From assembly GCF_001194135.2 (NCBI RefSeq), contig NC_068988.1, positions 18,011,914-18,075,913 on the forward strand: a stretch of 64,000 nucleotides of DNA, read 5' to 3'. Positions 50,234 through 63,432 of the stretch are shown here, piece by piece. The notes under the pieces were generated by a model, which saw only the letters and a list, made by a program, of their open reading frames with translations, did not search any database and was not told the origin of the DNA. The translations under genes were made by a program, and so were the position numbers. Source of the stretch: Octopus bimaculoides (Eukaryota). Numbering within the stretch: the stretch's first letter is position 1; every line of letters begins with the position of its first letter.

Positions 50234-50610
50234 NNNNNNNNNNNNNNNNNNNNNNNNNNNNNNNNNNNNNNNNNNNNNNNNNNNNNNNNNNNNNNNNNNN
50301 NNNNNNNNNNNNNNNNNNNNNNNNNNNNNNNNNNNNNNNNNNNNNNNNNNNNNNNNNNNNNNNNNNNNNNNNNNNNNNNNNNNNNNNNNNNNNNNNNNNN
50401 NNNNNNNNNNNNNNNNNNNNNNNNNNNNNNNNNNNNNNNNNNNNNNNNNNNNNNNNNNNNNNNNNNNNNNNNNNNNNNNNNNNNNNNNNNNNNNNNNNNN
50501 NNNNNNNNNNNNNNNNNNNNNNNNNNNNNNNNNNNNNNNNNNNNNNNNNNNNNNNNNNNNNNNNNNNNNNNNNNNNNNNNNNNNNNNNNNNNNNNNNTAT
50601 ATGTATATAG

Positions 50611-50643
<33 letters not shown>

Positions 50644-51651
50644 CTTGTGTGTGTATGTATGTTTGAATGTATGTTTTCGAGAAACAGATGCGACGATATG
50701 GCTAACACACAAATGAGGCTCTCTGAGAGTGTGTGATAGAAACACAGACAGTAACTGAAGGAGAGAGAAAGAAACGGAAACAGAATAAGAGAGAGGGAGG
50801 GGAGAGAGAGAGTAAGTCTGTGTATTTATACGAAATGATTATAAGTGGTAGAAATAGAAAGATAGGTAGATCAATAGCGCGCGTGACAGGAGAAAGTAGA
50901 AAGAAAGAAAGTTTGAGTGAGATCTGGAGGTAAGTTAAACAGAGAGGTAGATAGAATAGCGTGTTTGTAAAATAAAAAAAAACTAAAAAAAACATGAAAT
51001 AAAAAATGAAAGAGGAAGAATTTAAGAAGGAAAGAAGAAAATAAACGAGAGACGGGAAGAGAAAAGGCTTGTGCAGAGATAGGTAGATAGATAGATAGAG
51101 AGATAAGTAGAACGAGAGGTATATAGAGATAGTTAGTGAGGTAGAGTGAGATAGCGAGATAGATAGATAGATAGATATATAGGGAGAGAGATAAGTAGAA
51201 CGAGAGGTATATGTATATAGAGGTATATATATAGAGAGAGGGGTAGAGTGAGATAGCGAGAAAGATGGATAGATAGATTGATAGATAAATAAATAGATAG
51301 ACAACTACAGGGAGGGGGAAGGAGCGAAAGTGGAAGGAAGAGGTGAAGATGCAGCAAACAGCTTCTCGTTGAAGTGAGTGGCTAAGTTAATTATTGATGT
51401 AGTTCATAGCAGCCACTGTATGTGCGCGCATCGTTTGACAATCATATGGCGTAGAGAGAAGGTGAATAGTTTTACCGTGCAGACAAACACACGGTGTGTA
51501 AACATAGTTAGACAGGTACATAAAAATCATTTAAACATGCGTTTTATGGATTTCGGGTTTATTATTGTTATTTTCTGTTTCCGTTTCATTCCAAGTTTAT
51601 TATTCTTATTTCACTCTTTCTTTCTTTTTGTCTTTAAGCACCCTAACGTGG

Positions 51652-51711
<60 letters not shown>

Positions 51712-53589
51712 TTAAGGAATTCGAAGTTTTATTCAGCAACGGATATAAAACGCCTACAAATGTACATACACACGCGGGTATATAAAAGTAATAATACGCT
51801 GCTTGTTATTTTCATCTCTGCCTCTCTTTCTCTTTCTCTGTCTCACATACGCACGCGTGCACACGCACACACACGTAAGTCTCACTCAGACTATCTTGTA
51901 CGTGGCTAATTGGCCGACTAGAAAAAGGAAATGAATATTATTCAAATCACGCCATAACATCTCAGTTAAGTAAATAGCATTATTAAAAAAACATAATGCA
52001 ATCCTAGATACACCAAAAAAGACAGTGTGGTCACGACTAGAATGTCTTTGATTACAGGTTTGTTCTTTCAGGGTTGACTTGTGACAAGTTTTTCAGAGAA
52101 AGCAGATACATGTAATGCATTCGTATAAATATATGTACGAGTGAATGGATCTCATCGGCATCGACGAGTGCTGTTGGTTATCAACGTCCTACCTACTCAT
52201 TGAATAACAAAATACGACTGGTTATTTCCACAGACACTATCACCCTCCTTGGCGTATTCTTCAGATAGAAACCAGCGTAGCTGTGTGTGTATGTGTGTGA
52301 CAAGCAAGAAGGGTGAACATTTTAGAATTGCAGGTAGAGTCCATTCAGCGGACGTCCACAGTTTTGCGTCTACTCAGATTCACTCACAGGTTTTGCATTC
52401 GTGTATCGACACGAAGCTATTGTCGAAGATACTTGGTAGAAGACAAAGGAATTGAACGTACGTGGCATCAAACACGACTGCGAAGTAAACTTCTTAACCG
52501 TTCAGCTATATGATATATATATATATATATACATCTATCTATCTATCTATCTATATATATATATCGCGCAATAATCCTTTCCCTGTTTACCTTCCTAATC
52601 GTTGAATAGTTAGCTACAATTCTTTGTTGAAAAAAAAAAAGGGAGAAATTTTTCTCGTAGATGAAATGAAAAGAGAGAAAGAGAAACAAGCGGTAAGTTC
52701 TTAAGACAGGTAACTTCTTTAAACCTCTCATTGCGTGCGCTTTCTTTCTGTCACTCTTTCTCCTTCTCTCTGTCTTTCTCTCTTACTGCTATATCTATCT
52801 ATCGATCTGTATACTTTTTTTGTATCTATATACGCGTTTCTCTGTGTAGTTGAATGTTTCTAAAGGTTTGAGTACGTTTCTATATAATATAATTTGTATG
52901 TTTGTGAAGAACATCAACGTGTAACGCAAAACAATTCTTTGAGAAGAAAAAATGTAGGTGGATATATATTTCTGAAATACTGTAAGTATATATACAATAG
53001 ACGTAACATTCGTACATTCTCCACAAAAATCATTTTATACAAATGGATTATACACAATATATCCCCCACACGTACACACTGTGTATATGTATGTGTATAT
53101 ATATATAGCACAACTGCAGCAGCATACACAAATACGTCCTAGACTAAATCGTTTGAACCGATCCACAACAAACATGACAAGATATATTTTATTTGTTCAA
53201 CAGTTAAATCATAACATGCACATATCTACGACAGTTCAGTTTTATTTATTAATTTGAAGAAATTATTCCACACCTTTTTATTTATCTATTTATTTATTCA
53301 GTTATTTTTATTATTATTGTTACTTTTTTGTTACTCAAAAAACTTTCGTCTGCTTTATCTTAAAATTAATACACATGCGAAACTTGCGCAATCAGACGTA
53401 GATGGATACAAGCCTAATTCTGTATAGCTGAGGAAGCTTCATCAACCGTGATGTAACAAAAAGGGAAGAGCTATATGCGTTGGAAGAGAAAGTCTGCTGT
53501 ATGTTTGAATTGTGGACGTTTGGGCTTTCTCTGTTCGTTTTAACTGTCGCCGCCAATTATTTTTTCACAACGTTGATAATAATAATTAT

Positions 53590-54400
53590 TATTATTTCAA
53601 ATTTTGGCTATAAAGGCAGCTTGGGGGAGGTGAGGACGAGTCGATTACGTCAACTCCAGTGTTCAACTGGTACTTATTTTATCGACCCCGAAAGGATGAA
53701 AGGCAAAGTCGACCTCGGCGGAATTTGAACTTAGAATGGAGCTAGAAGGAATGCCGCTGAGCATTTTGTCCGACGCACTAATGATTCAACCCACTCGCCC
53801 CTTTCATAATAGTAATAATAACAGTAATCCTTTCTACTAAAGACACAAGACCCGAAATTTTGGGGAGGAGGACGAGTCGATTACATCGACTGCAGTGTTT
53901 CACTTGCACTTAATTTATCGACCCCAAAAGGATGAAAGGCAAAGTCGACCTTGGCAGGATTTGAACTCAGAACGTAGCAGCAAACGAAATATCGCTAAGC
54001 ATTTTGCCCGGCGTGCTAATGATTCTGTAAATTTTTGCCACTAGGGCAGCTGGGGAGATGAGTCGATTACATCGACCTCAGTGTTCAACAGATACTTATT
54101 TTATCGTCTCTAAAAGAACGAGTGGCTAAGTCCACCGCGGTGGAATATGAACTCAGAACATAAAGATGGACTATATGCCGTTAGGCATTTTGTCCGGCGT
54201 GCTAACTATTCTGCAAGCTCGTTGCCTTAACGTGATAATAATGATAATTCTTTCTACTACTGGTACAAGGCCTCAAACTAATCGATATTACTAACCCCTA
54301 GTACTTGATTGGTACTTTATTTTATCGACCCTGAAAGGATGAAAGAAAAGTCGACCTCGGCAGAATTTGACCTCTGTATGTAAAAGGCCAGAAGAAAGTT
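53590..54400 (-). mobile_element. Head-to-tail array of four SINE family M copies
   Basis: TCGACCCC(G/A)AAAGGATGAAAGGCAAAGTCGACC-type module at about 53680, 53920, 54100 and 54320, separated by (AAT)n tails. Confidence 0.85.
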
Positions 54401-54469
54401 CCGACCGTTCTTTTCCCGCCAAATCTGTAACCCTTGTGTGTATGTCAGAACATATTTTTATATCCTTGC

Positions 54470-54890
54470 AGAATTTCGCTACATCCCTTTACGTTCCGAG
54501 TTCAAATTCCGCGAAGCCCGATAAAACCAAATACCAACTCGTTTAATACCGATGTCTATTTAATTGCTTGAAAGATGTATGGTCTGGCGCTTAAATATGA
54601 AGGTGGACCGGAGGATGCGGTAGAACGCCGGTGTAAAACACCCTACATCATTTCGTTGTCTTTACATTTCGAGTTAAAATTTCCTGTAGTCAGTTTCGCT
54701 TTTGAACTCCCTAGGGTCTGTAAAATTAACAGCTGGGGATCAATATAATTGATTATACCCACATCTGTTTCAAATTTGTTTATGTTAGGAATCAATACTA
54801 TCCTTGTATATTTTAGTTCAAACCCCGTTAGGGTCGAGCTTTGCTTTTCGTCCTTCTGAGGTCGATACAATAAGAGCCAGTGAAGTACAG
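54470..54890 (+). mobile_element. Degenerate SINE family M fragments in the opposite orientation
   Basis: TTTACGTTCCGAGTTCAAATTCCGC at about 54490 and GGGTCGAGCTTTGCTTTTCGTCCTTCTGAGGTCGATACAATAAG at about 54830. Confidence 0.6.
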
Positions 54891-55157
54891 CTGATGATGA
54901 TGGTGATAATATGTTTAGTTCCAGGTCAACCTTGACTAAACGGAGTTATGATCAAAAGCGTTCCAGTCGGGACTGTGTTATCTTTTCTTTTTTATCGTAT
55001 GTGTCCCTTTGCTTAAGACTTGGATACGATTCGAGGGAGATTTGGCTGCTATTCAATGGTATACTGCTTAGTTTGTCATGCTGGTGACGGAGATTTAGTC
55101 ACCCACATCTTCCATTCACTCACCCATTTCTAAGATTTTCACACCTTTCATACGTAT

Positions 55158-55203
<46 letters not shown>

Positions 55204-55217
55204 GTATGTATGTATAT

Positions 55218-55548
55218 TCTTTTACTTGTTTTAGTCATTTGACTGTGGCAATGCTGGAGCACCATCTTTAGTCGAACAAATCGACTCCAGGACTTATTCT
55301 TTGTAAGCCTGATACTTATTCTATTGGTCTCTTTTGCCGAACCGCTAATTACGGGGACGTAGACACACCAACATCGGTTGTCAAATGACAAACATAAACA
55401 CACATATGACAGGCTTCTATCAGTTTCCGTCTGCCAAATCCACTCGAGGTTATAATAGAAGACACTTGCCCAAGGTGCTACGCAGTGGGATTGAACCCGG
55501 GACCATGTAGTTGATAAGCAAGCTAATTTCCACACAGCCACTCCTACA
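55218..55548 (-). mobile_element. SINE family O (internal microsatellite nearly absent)
   Basis: Reverse complement of the 22930 copy with only ACAAACATAAACACACAT at the microsatellite position. Confidence 0.88.
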
Positions 55549-57179
55549 CCTAATACACACACACGTCTCGAATTATGGATGCATTGGGTACAGTGGGTTA
55601 GATCGATGCTGTTGCTTGAATACTACATATACTATCGCTCCTATTCTCTAAAGAGAAAAACTAAAAGAACTCGACTTAGATTGGATTTGAACTCGGAACC
55701 TAAAGGAAAGTAACTAAATTTTGTCCGGTACATAACCTCCCACCCGCCCCACTATGCCCTACCTACTCTGCAACTTACCGCGTTCAGTCGGGTTTTATGA
55801 TTTGTTACATTGGGTCGAATATGTAAGGCGGGGAACTATATGGTTGGCATTATAGAAGACCCATATAGATAACTGGTATTTTTTTTTCATAGATACCAGA
55901 GACATGAAAGACAAAGACGTCTGCGGTGAGATTTGAACACGTAATGTAGAAAGGCGAAATTAAATACTATTTCGCACTTAATCTATTACCTGACTGTTTT
56001 CACCGCCAATAGATGATACTAGTGTGTCCTTTATTAATATTGCGCATTGTACCGTATTTCGTCGCTATTTTCATGCTTGAAACTTAACAGTAATAATTAA
56101 AGAAATAATACCAATTTTTACGAGCCCATTCCTTCAGATACTGTGTTTAAGAAATTGGTCGCAAATATGTTGCATGTAGCAGTGCACGCTACTTAGGAAC
56201 ATTTGAATCCCATTTGTAGAAGACGTCCTCCGCCGTAGCAGCTGGTCTTTTAGGAAAGAGTGAAATGGTGATAAAGGTGATTGTGGTGGTTTTCGTCCTG
56301 GCATTACTGGTAGGTGTATGTCGTGGAAGTTCTACAGTTGGTGCTGGCTGGTTGGTTGGTTGGTTGGTTGGTTGTTGCTATGATAATGTTGACAGTGTGG
56401 GATTGACGGTGGTGTCGATAGGCCTGAGAGAAATGACGGAGAAGCTGTCACCCAGTTTTGACGCCACCATCTGGTCCTTGGCAGCATTTTACCGGAGTCC
56501 TCTACCTGTTTGCAAGCATTCGGATTACACACACAGACTCTTTCCACCTGACGATTGCTCTCTCTCTCTCTCTTCTACCATCAGTGTCACAAGCCCCCTA
56601 ATAAGGACCATAAGAGATGATTTTCCTGATCGGAATAAGCAATACATACATACATACATACATACATACATACAAGCATTATAAAATAATTTACTGTGTT
56701 GTTAAGCGGAATGTAACGGTTGTGATGGTGATGACGATTGTGATGTCAATTGGGCAATTATTACGGTTGGCGGTGACAATGTCGTAGCTAGTATCAGTAA
56801 TACTTCTCCATGAGATTGTTAGGAGTTACCATGTTCGTGGTAGTGGTGGTGGAGAAGTGATCGAGGTACCAGCATTTTACTTTCGGTTTTCTGTCTATCT
56901 CTCAAATAAGCTAGCTTACCAACAACTACTACTAATAAACTGAGTTGTCGTCAGCGTGTTACTTCTTCGAAAACGATGCCGAACCCACCGCTACTAGCGG
57001 CAGCAACAGCAGTAAACGTCACATACATATTTTACTCACAAGTTTAATTAGTTCCAAACGTGAAAATCTAACACAGACGCACGTGCACATACAGGCATGT
57101 ATGTATGCATGTATTGCTTATTCCGATCATGTATGTATGTGTTTATATATTTATAGGTACATAGTTAGATCGATATATA

Positions 57180-57238
<59 letters not shown>

Positions 57239-57271
57239 ATGTGTGTGTGTGTATGTGTGTGTGTGTATATA

Positions 57272-57327
<56 letters not shown>

Positions 57328-57699
57328 GCATGAAAATGAGCTGCTGCAAAATACTCAGTGGCTAGCGGCATGTGTTTGAACAATACAAACAAAGGTGTAC
57401 TAAATACCATAGAATTTAAATTCTTGATTTATTGAAATTATACGGGCTTCCAGAGAGAGCAGCACGATCGTTTGGAGACCAGCTCCGAATGAGGAGAGGT
57501 AGTTACAAGAACCAAGACCTGTGCGAAATTGATGCCATTAAGGAAAACAAAGCAGTCTGATTATCTGGAAACAAAGGGATAATTTTGCACATATTTTTAT
57601 TTTATGAAGTGTCGTCAGCACAACAGTATATTATTATGCTTGTGTATATTTTATAAATGTTTGGAAGAGAAGAGTTCACTGCACCAAAGCATCAAACAC

Positions 57700-58310
57700 C
57701 ACACCATGTTATGTAAACTTAAAAGAAAACATTGAAAAGTTGTTTATAAGATCAAACAAGCCATTCTGTCAAGGCATCTGGAAAGTAAAACCTGTTCTTT
57801 CTAAACATATTTGGGAACGTAAAGGTAACTAGCCAGTTTCAGAAAATTTCTCTTGTGTTAATTAGTATCCAACTATGAAAATTTTCGTAGTAGATTAAAC
57901 ACATGCATACATACATACATATATACATATACACATGCATATAATGGTTGCCAGTAGATCTGTTCTAATCTATTCATTTGATAATTTAATGTGATAGTCA
58001 AGAAGTTTATCTATAAAAGTACTAAGTATTCGAAATATTAAAAAGAGAGCGGTATGCCGTTCTGAAAGGTAATGTAAATCCACCACTAGTAGCCCAATCT
58101 CACAATTATAGCTTGACTAAAGATACACAACGCATGCACAATGATAGCAGAGCACCTGCATGTAGAAGCGAATCGAAGGACTGTAACTACTGCTTCACCG
58201 AGAAATTTCACATCATCCGGTAATGTGACTAGAAAGAAACTAAATAAAATATCTGCACTTATGTCAACTTGCCGACATATACCAAAGTTGCTGCTGACCA
58301 ACTTCAGAAT
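57700..58310 (+). mobile_element. Decayed Penelope-like GIY-YIG C-terminal region, split by a microsatellite
   Basis: KPVLSKHIWERKG (about 57790) and ESKDCNYCFTEKFHII / KKLNKISALMSTCRHIPKLLLTNF (about 58170-58285) match the PLE C-terminal C..C.EK..I...LNKRSE..S.CRH motif. Confidence 0.6.
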
Positions 58311-58624
58311 AGGCTCACCGCAGATACCTAATGAAAAATACAAATTCTAATTAAAACACACAATGACGTCACCAATCACATATCCAACTACTATCCCCAC
58401 TATCAGTCACGCGAGTAAATTTAAATGAGCAGTACCTGCTGCCGTATCTAAAAACGTGGATGTCATTGACTACATTATCATCTTTAAAGTAGAATTATTA
58501 GATGATACCTGTCAAAAACATTGGGTTTGTATGTAATCCAGGATATAATTTTGGCAGATGTGCATTTAAAACTTTGGTAGGTAAGCAACACGATAGCGTT
58601 ATCTCTTACACCAATTTCTTTCAT

Positions 58625-58830
58625 TCTATCCTAGAATTCACTTCCGCTTTATCCGACGCGTCCTCCACTTGCCTCATGTCTGTTATTATCTACACTCTTC
58701 ACTTGCTCATCTTCGACCTCTAGAAGTCCACTGATTTCCAATCCTAACTCCACTATTCTTCCACACAACCCGGATACACCAAATCCGTTGTCCATTTTCT
58801 CAACTCCGATGTTTACCGGTTATTTAGCAT
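58625..58830 (+). mobile_element. Decayed CR1/L2-like LINE 3' fragment
   Basis: HFRFIRRVLHLPHVCYYLHSSLAHLRPLE..TTRIHQI resembles the CR1 RRFTRRI..L.Y..RL..L.L..LE motif. Confidence 0.35.
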
Positions 58831-59114
58831 TAAGCCGGACTTCAACTCCATAACTGAAGAAATACATTATTTCTTTTAACAAAAGTAAACTCGATCAGAA
58901 AGAATGACACGTTTTATATTCATATATATCAAAAGGATGTGTTGTAATACTATTCCACAGCCATATCAACAATCCACCATACCTCCATCATCAGCTGCCC
59001 CCACGGATATCATTATGGTTTTGGCACCTGGGCAGCACCATTCAGTCCGGCGGTATCAACAGCATTAAAATAAGTGTTGTTTGGAAACAAACAAAGAAAC
59101 CAAAGAAACCACAA

Positions 59115-59160
<46 letters not shown>

Positions 59161-59379
59161 TGTGTGTAAGCAATTAACCCTATCGATATTCTATCTAACT
59201 TTGGTATGAGGCGGCAAGTTGAGAGGAGTTCAGATATGTTTAAAATCGGAGTACACCGATGAATGATGTGGAGTCTCTCAGTGAGACAGAAGCCGTAGTC
59301 TTTGGATCTCTTTCTGCTTGCTGATACTTTGTGTATCTTGCACACACCAACAAAACAAACCTACTCTCACCTAGGGGCC

Positions 59380-60300
59380 AGCCAAAATTTCATTGAAGCA
59401 TACACTCCTCTGCAACTTCCAAGTTCTTCACTTTAATCCTTTTACCATCCCAGTCTTCCTGCACCGAACGCTCCATTTTAAAAGAGACAAGGCATCCTCT
59501 ACCTTTCAATTTAAAACTCCCTTCTCTCCAACTACGCTAAACCAAGTACTTTCAAGTGCGCTTGCCGCATTTTCTGTAGGTGTTCTTACATCAGTAACGC
59601 TACAGAAATCACCGATTGCATACTCGCCAAAATTATATGTAACAAACCCGAAAATTTTGGGTGAAACAAGCGTTCACCTAAGTGATTTTCGTGAGCGTTT
59701 CTACAGTATTCGCTATTTGGTTCCAAGTTCACACAGGGTCCACAATTTCAACACATCTAGTCACCTCATCAACCACCTAGCTCTGGAATTTGTGCACACC
59801 ACGGGCATCGTGTTCCGAGAAGCACAAAAAGACAGTTTTTGCCCATTAGAACATAAAATTTGAATGAACGTTTCTCTCCATCTCAATTTTCTGTAGTTCA
59901 AAAATTCTTGGCTCTCTTGCATAAACATTTCCCAGTTAATGGCAATGATCAACAGCTTTTCCTTGAAAATCAGCAACATGAAGATCCTAATCTCAAGTAA
60001 TCTTTTATTAAACATGACAATTGCTCATACAGAAATGCTGACACTTGTCTCTCTGATCCAGGCATGCGGCTTAAAGTCAATTGTGTGCGAAGTAGAGATC
60101 CCTCAACTATGTCAAATCAGATAATCGAAAAGGGCAATAAAATAAACATAGCTGAAGGGAAAATCAAACTATATCTATGGGGGCATGTGACAGTATGGAC
60201 GATAACTGCCAAAACTCAAGATTATTCTAATCCAGTGAACAAATCATGTGGCAGTATGAACATGGATTGTGTTAAAGATTCAAGGCTGTCAGAATAGCTA
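59380..60300 (+). mobile_element. Heavily decayed Ty3/Gypsy pol fossil (connection, RNase H, start of integrase)
   Basis: Colinear frameshifted motifs FSVVQKFLALLHKHFPVNGNDQQL (F.VKKF..YL.G..F...TDH.PL), YRNADTCLS (NAD.LSR), LYLWGHVTV (LLWG.RVV.P) and GCQN. Confidence 0.5.
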
Positions 60301-61699
60301 AAAATAAAGAAATGGATTGTTTACTTGCGTGCGAGTCAGAGTATTAATACGTACGCATGATTGTATGTGTGTGAAGGAGTGAGCAACAGTAATGTCTTGT
60401 CAATTTAATATCATAGTTGTTAGTAAATGTATTTTCGAATTTGGTATTATAAATTATTTAGTCGCAATTTGAAGTTTTTAATATCTATATTATCTTTATT
60501 TGTTCATATTAGATTTGTAATTTTGTTAAAACAAAGGTAAATTCGAAAGACTTAAAATTTTGGGAATTTGTTTATTTGTACGTAAGTAGCTGTTTATTTA
60601 GTGGAATCTGTCTCGTACTGGTATCTAGTATTTGTTGATGATGAATAGTCGATCTATACCTCAAGGTAAGTTCGTTTGTTATTTGTAAATCTTATTTACA
60701 TTTATTACTTTTAATAGCATAAAATTAACTTTTTTGACAAACAGTGAAATAATTTCTTAAGGTAAAATCTTAATTTAAGTTTATAATTGTCTTCAATAAA
60801 GTTGATGTGTCACAGTTAAGTTGACCTCGACATATTGAGGGCTGTTGTCCATACCTGTGGCTAGAGCAAGGTCCCAGTCAGAGGGAAGATGATATGGTGT
60901 TGTTGAAAGAGTGTTGTAAAAGAATAAAAGCTGAGAGATATGCATGATTGACTGTTAAATACTACAGAATAATACCAAGTGTCTAGAAGAGAAGCTAGGC
61001 CTCTAATCACTTAGCAAGGGTAAAAGAAAAAAAAATCAAGAGATTCACACATATTTGGAGACATGAGAATCAAAGGCCTGGAATTGTCTGAATTGGATAA
61101 GTGTGATAGAGGAAATTGTATCGAGACGTCGTTGAAGAGAAGTATATTCTGGATGAAAGCAGTTCACTTGCTCTTACTGTATCAGAAGATTTGGTCTTCG
61201 AGAATCATGAGGCGAGGTCACACCGTTTAGACAATATTTGCCACGCATCAGAACAATATTTGCCACGCATCGCCACCTCTAAAAACAAAAGTGCTCTCTC
61301 GGACTATCTAATCTGTTCAGTGACTGGTTCGCCTGATAGCGTTTGCTCAGTGTGTCTGAAAAACTTAGTTATTTACAAACTTAGATCCGACTCTGACTGA
61401 CTCTGAAATCGAATCTGGCCGAGGTTTAAATCATAGCTCTTCTTTTGGGGTTAGTAAAAACAGTGTTAATCCATAGCAGTGGATTGATGGAATTATAAGC
61501 ATCAGACCGAACACAACGCGGTATTAGTTTTGGCTCTGCTTTCTGAGTTAAAATCCTACTATGATCAACTTGGGTATCAGACTTAATTCGTCGCATAGTT
61601 TAACACCACCAACTTGCAATTTGGGTGCTTTTGGCAGCGTTTGCTCGCTTGCAAACATTCAGATCAGGTCTCAGGTTTGAGCATACCTCCTTCTCCCAC

Positions 61700-62260
61700 T
61701 TTCATCAATGTCGGAGGTCATTGCCTTTTCCCTTGGAGAACGATAAAAGGAAAATGTCAAGTAAGATTCAAAAGAGCTAAAAACAACAACTTCATCACAG
61801 GCTCTCGGAAAATGTTTACAAGCTACCCCATTCAATGCAGTGTTGCAAGACACTAACATGCGAAAGAAGCATAGATATACAGATCTTAATGTAAAACACG
61901 GACGCTTTTAACCACCGGTCACGACAGAAGATCACTTCATTAAGAAACTGATATGTCTCGCTTTCCCCGGAAAGTTACAATGTTTGGCTTCTCGATTTGC
62001 CAGGTCATCGATGTGATAATAGAAAACGCATTCAACACTTCTGACGATCGATTTTAAATTCGGAACTGCTCATACGTTAATAACAGTAATAAGGCACAGT
62101 CTACCCTTATTTCTAAGTACAGTCTCATAAAAGACTGGAATGATTTCAGTCGGTACATCGGTGCGAAGCCTGGACAGCCAAAGAAAGACCTGTAAATATC
62201 TCACAAGCCCCAGAAGTTTGAAAGAATCCGGCTTTCTTATAGAGCTTAAAACCAGTCTTG
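61700..62260 (+). mobile_element. Decayed RTE-clade LINE RT fragment
   Basis: ATPFNAVLQDTNMRK..LNVKHGR..LAFPGKLQCLASRF and RCEAWTAKE match the RTE RT motifs (SP.LFN.VLE, LQ.L..RL, YGCEAWT). Confidence 0.5.
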
Positions 62261-62684
62261 TTCCACTTTTGTAAAATTTCTCTTAGAGACCCTATCCTTA
62301 ATCATTTATTTGTCATTTGGATTAAAATTAATTTCCTATTTATTCATTAATCCGTCTGTATGTTTTCCTCTCAATCAATCGATTAATCAACCAGTCATAT
62401 CAGTAACCCCACTTATCAACTCAGTTAAATATTAAAACCTCAAAGAAGCAAACACAATATCTATTGACTGTGACATTATTCTGATATTTTGTGATATCTT
62501 GTTTGTTAAGTCAATTATAAACCACATTTAACAGCAATTTAAACTTGTTCCTTATAATACACTAACGCATCATACATACATGCATATCTGTGTGTATGTG
62601 TGCCTAATGCATACATGTACACACATACATGAACACACACACAAACTAGGCACGGTACGGTCGAATAATTAATAAATTCGACTC

Positions 62685-63399
62685 TAATTGTGTGGCCTCA
62701 TGGACAAACGTCATTTTCTATAACCCCGATTCGATCTTCACATGAATGGTATTGGGTTGACGGAAATAGCACAGAAGTCTGTCGGGTGGACGGTACCTAT
62801 AATCCAAATGTCCAGTCTTGTCACACCACACTATCACAATCGGCGCTGGATTAACCATTAAGCAAAATAAGCACGTGCTTAGGGCATCAAGGGAAGGAGG
62901 GGGCAGCACAGAATTGGTAAATGGTTTACAGCACAAAAGAAATCACTTTAAACTTGCTAAAATGATATTCGGGATGCCTTTTATCTCTACTAAGTATAGC
63001 TGCAGATGTGTTACTTGAGATTAATTTTGAGGATCTGATCAAAGACTTTGCAATTCAAAAAAGCAGGAGGAAGCTTTTCAGAGATAAATAAAGTAGAAGT
63101 ACACAAAAATAAACATTATTTTTCCTCTTACTGCTTTGTTTCGTTTTGAAAAATATAAATTTATTTTATGGTTTGTTATTGTTTATATTTTGAATTACAT
63201 AATCTTTTATGGGGGCACCAAAATCATTTACGTGCCTAGGGCCTCGATGGGTCTCAATCCAACTCTGATCACAATGGTTCTGTGTGAGAGTTACGTTTAA
63301 GATACACGTGTTTGTGGAATGCTCACTCACTTGCACGTTCATTCAGGATCTGGTAATTCAGTTGATCGAAATGTATCCTCATCCCCAAACGACGGCAGA

Positions 63400-63400
<1 letters not shown>
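62685..63400 (+). mobile_element. Old family-A-related SINE interrupted by a hAT MITE
   Basis: Decayed tRNA head (TGTGGCCTCATGG..GATTCGATC), CCAGTCTTGTCACAC before and GAGAGTTACGTTTAAGATACACGTGTTTGTGGAATGCTCAC.CACTTGCACGTT after the insertion. Confidence 0.55.
62841..63267 (+). mobile_element. Non-autonomous hAT element with a transposase C-terminal remnant
   Basis: Degenerate TIRs CGGCGCTGGATTAA / CTCAATCCAACTCTG, exact 8-bp TSD ATCACAAT (62833-62840 / 63268-63275), internal peptide DVLLEINFEDLIKDFAIQKSRRKLF resembling the hAT C-terminal dimerisation region. Confidence 0.85.

Positions 63401-63432
<32 letters not shown>

Noticed and set aside
61116-61400. 94-aa ORF with a CxxC motif (hAT BED-finger-like or RTE endonuclease-like)
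   Set aside because: Ambiguous between two TE origins and contains a 22-bp tandem duplication (61231-61271); I cannot assign it.
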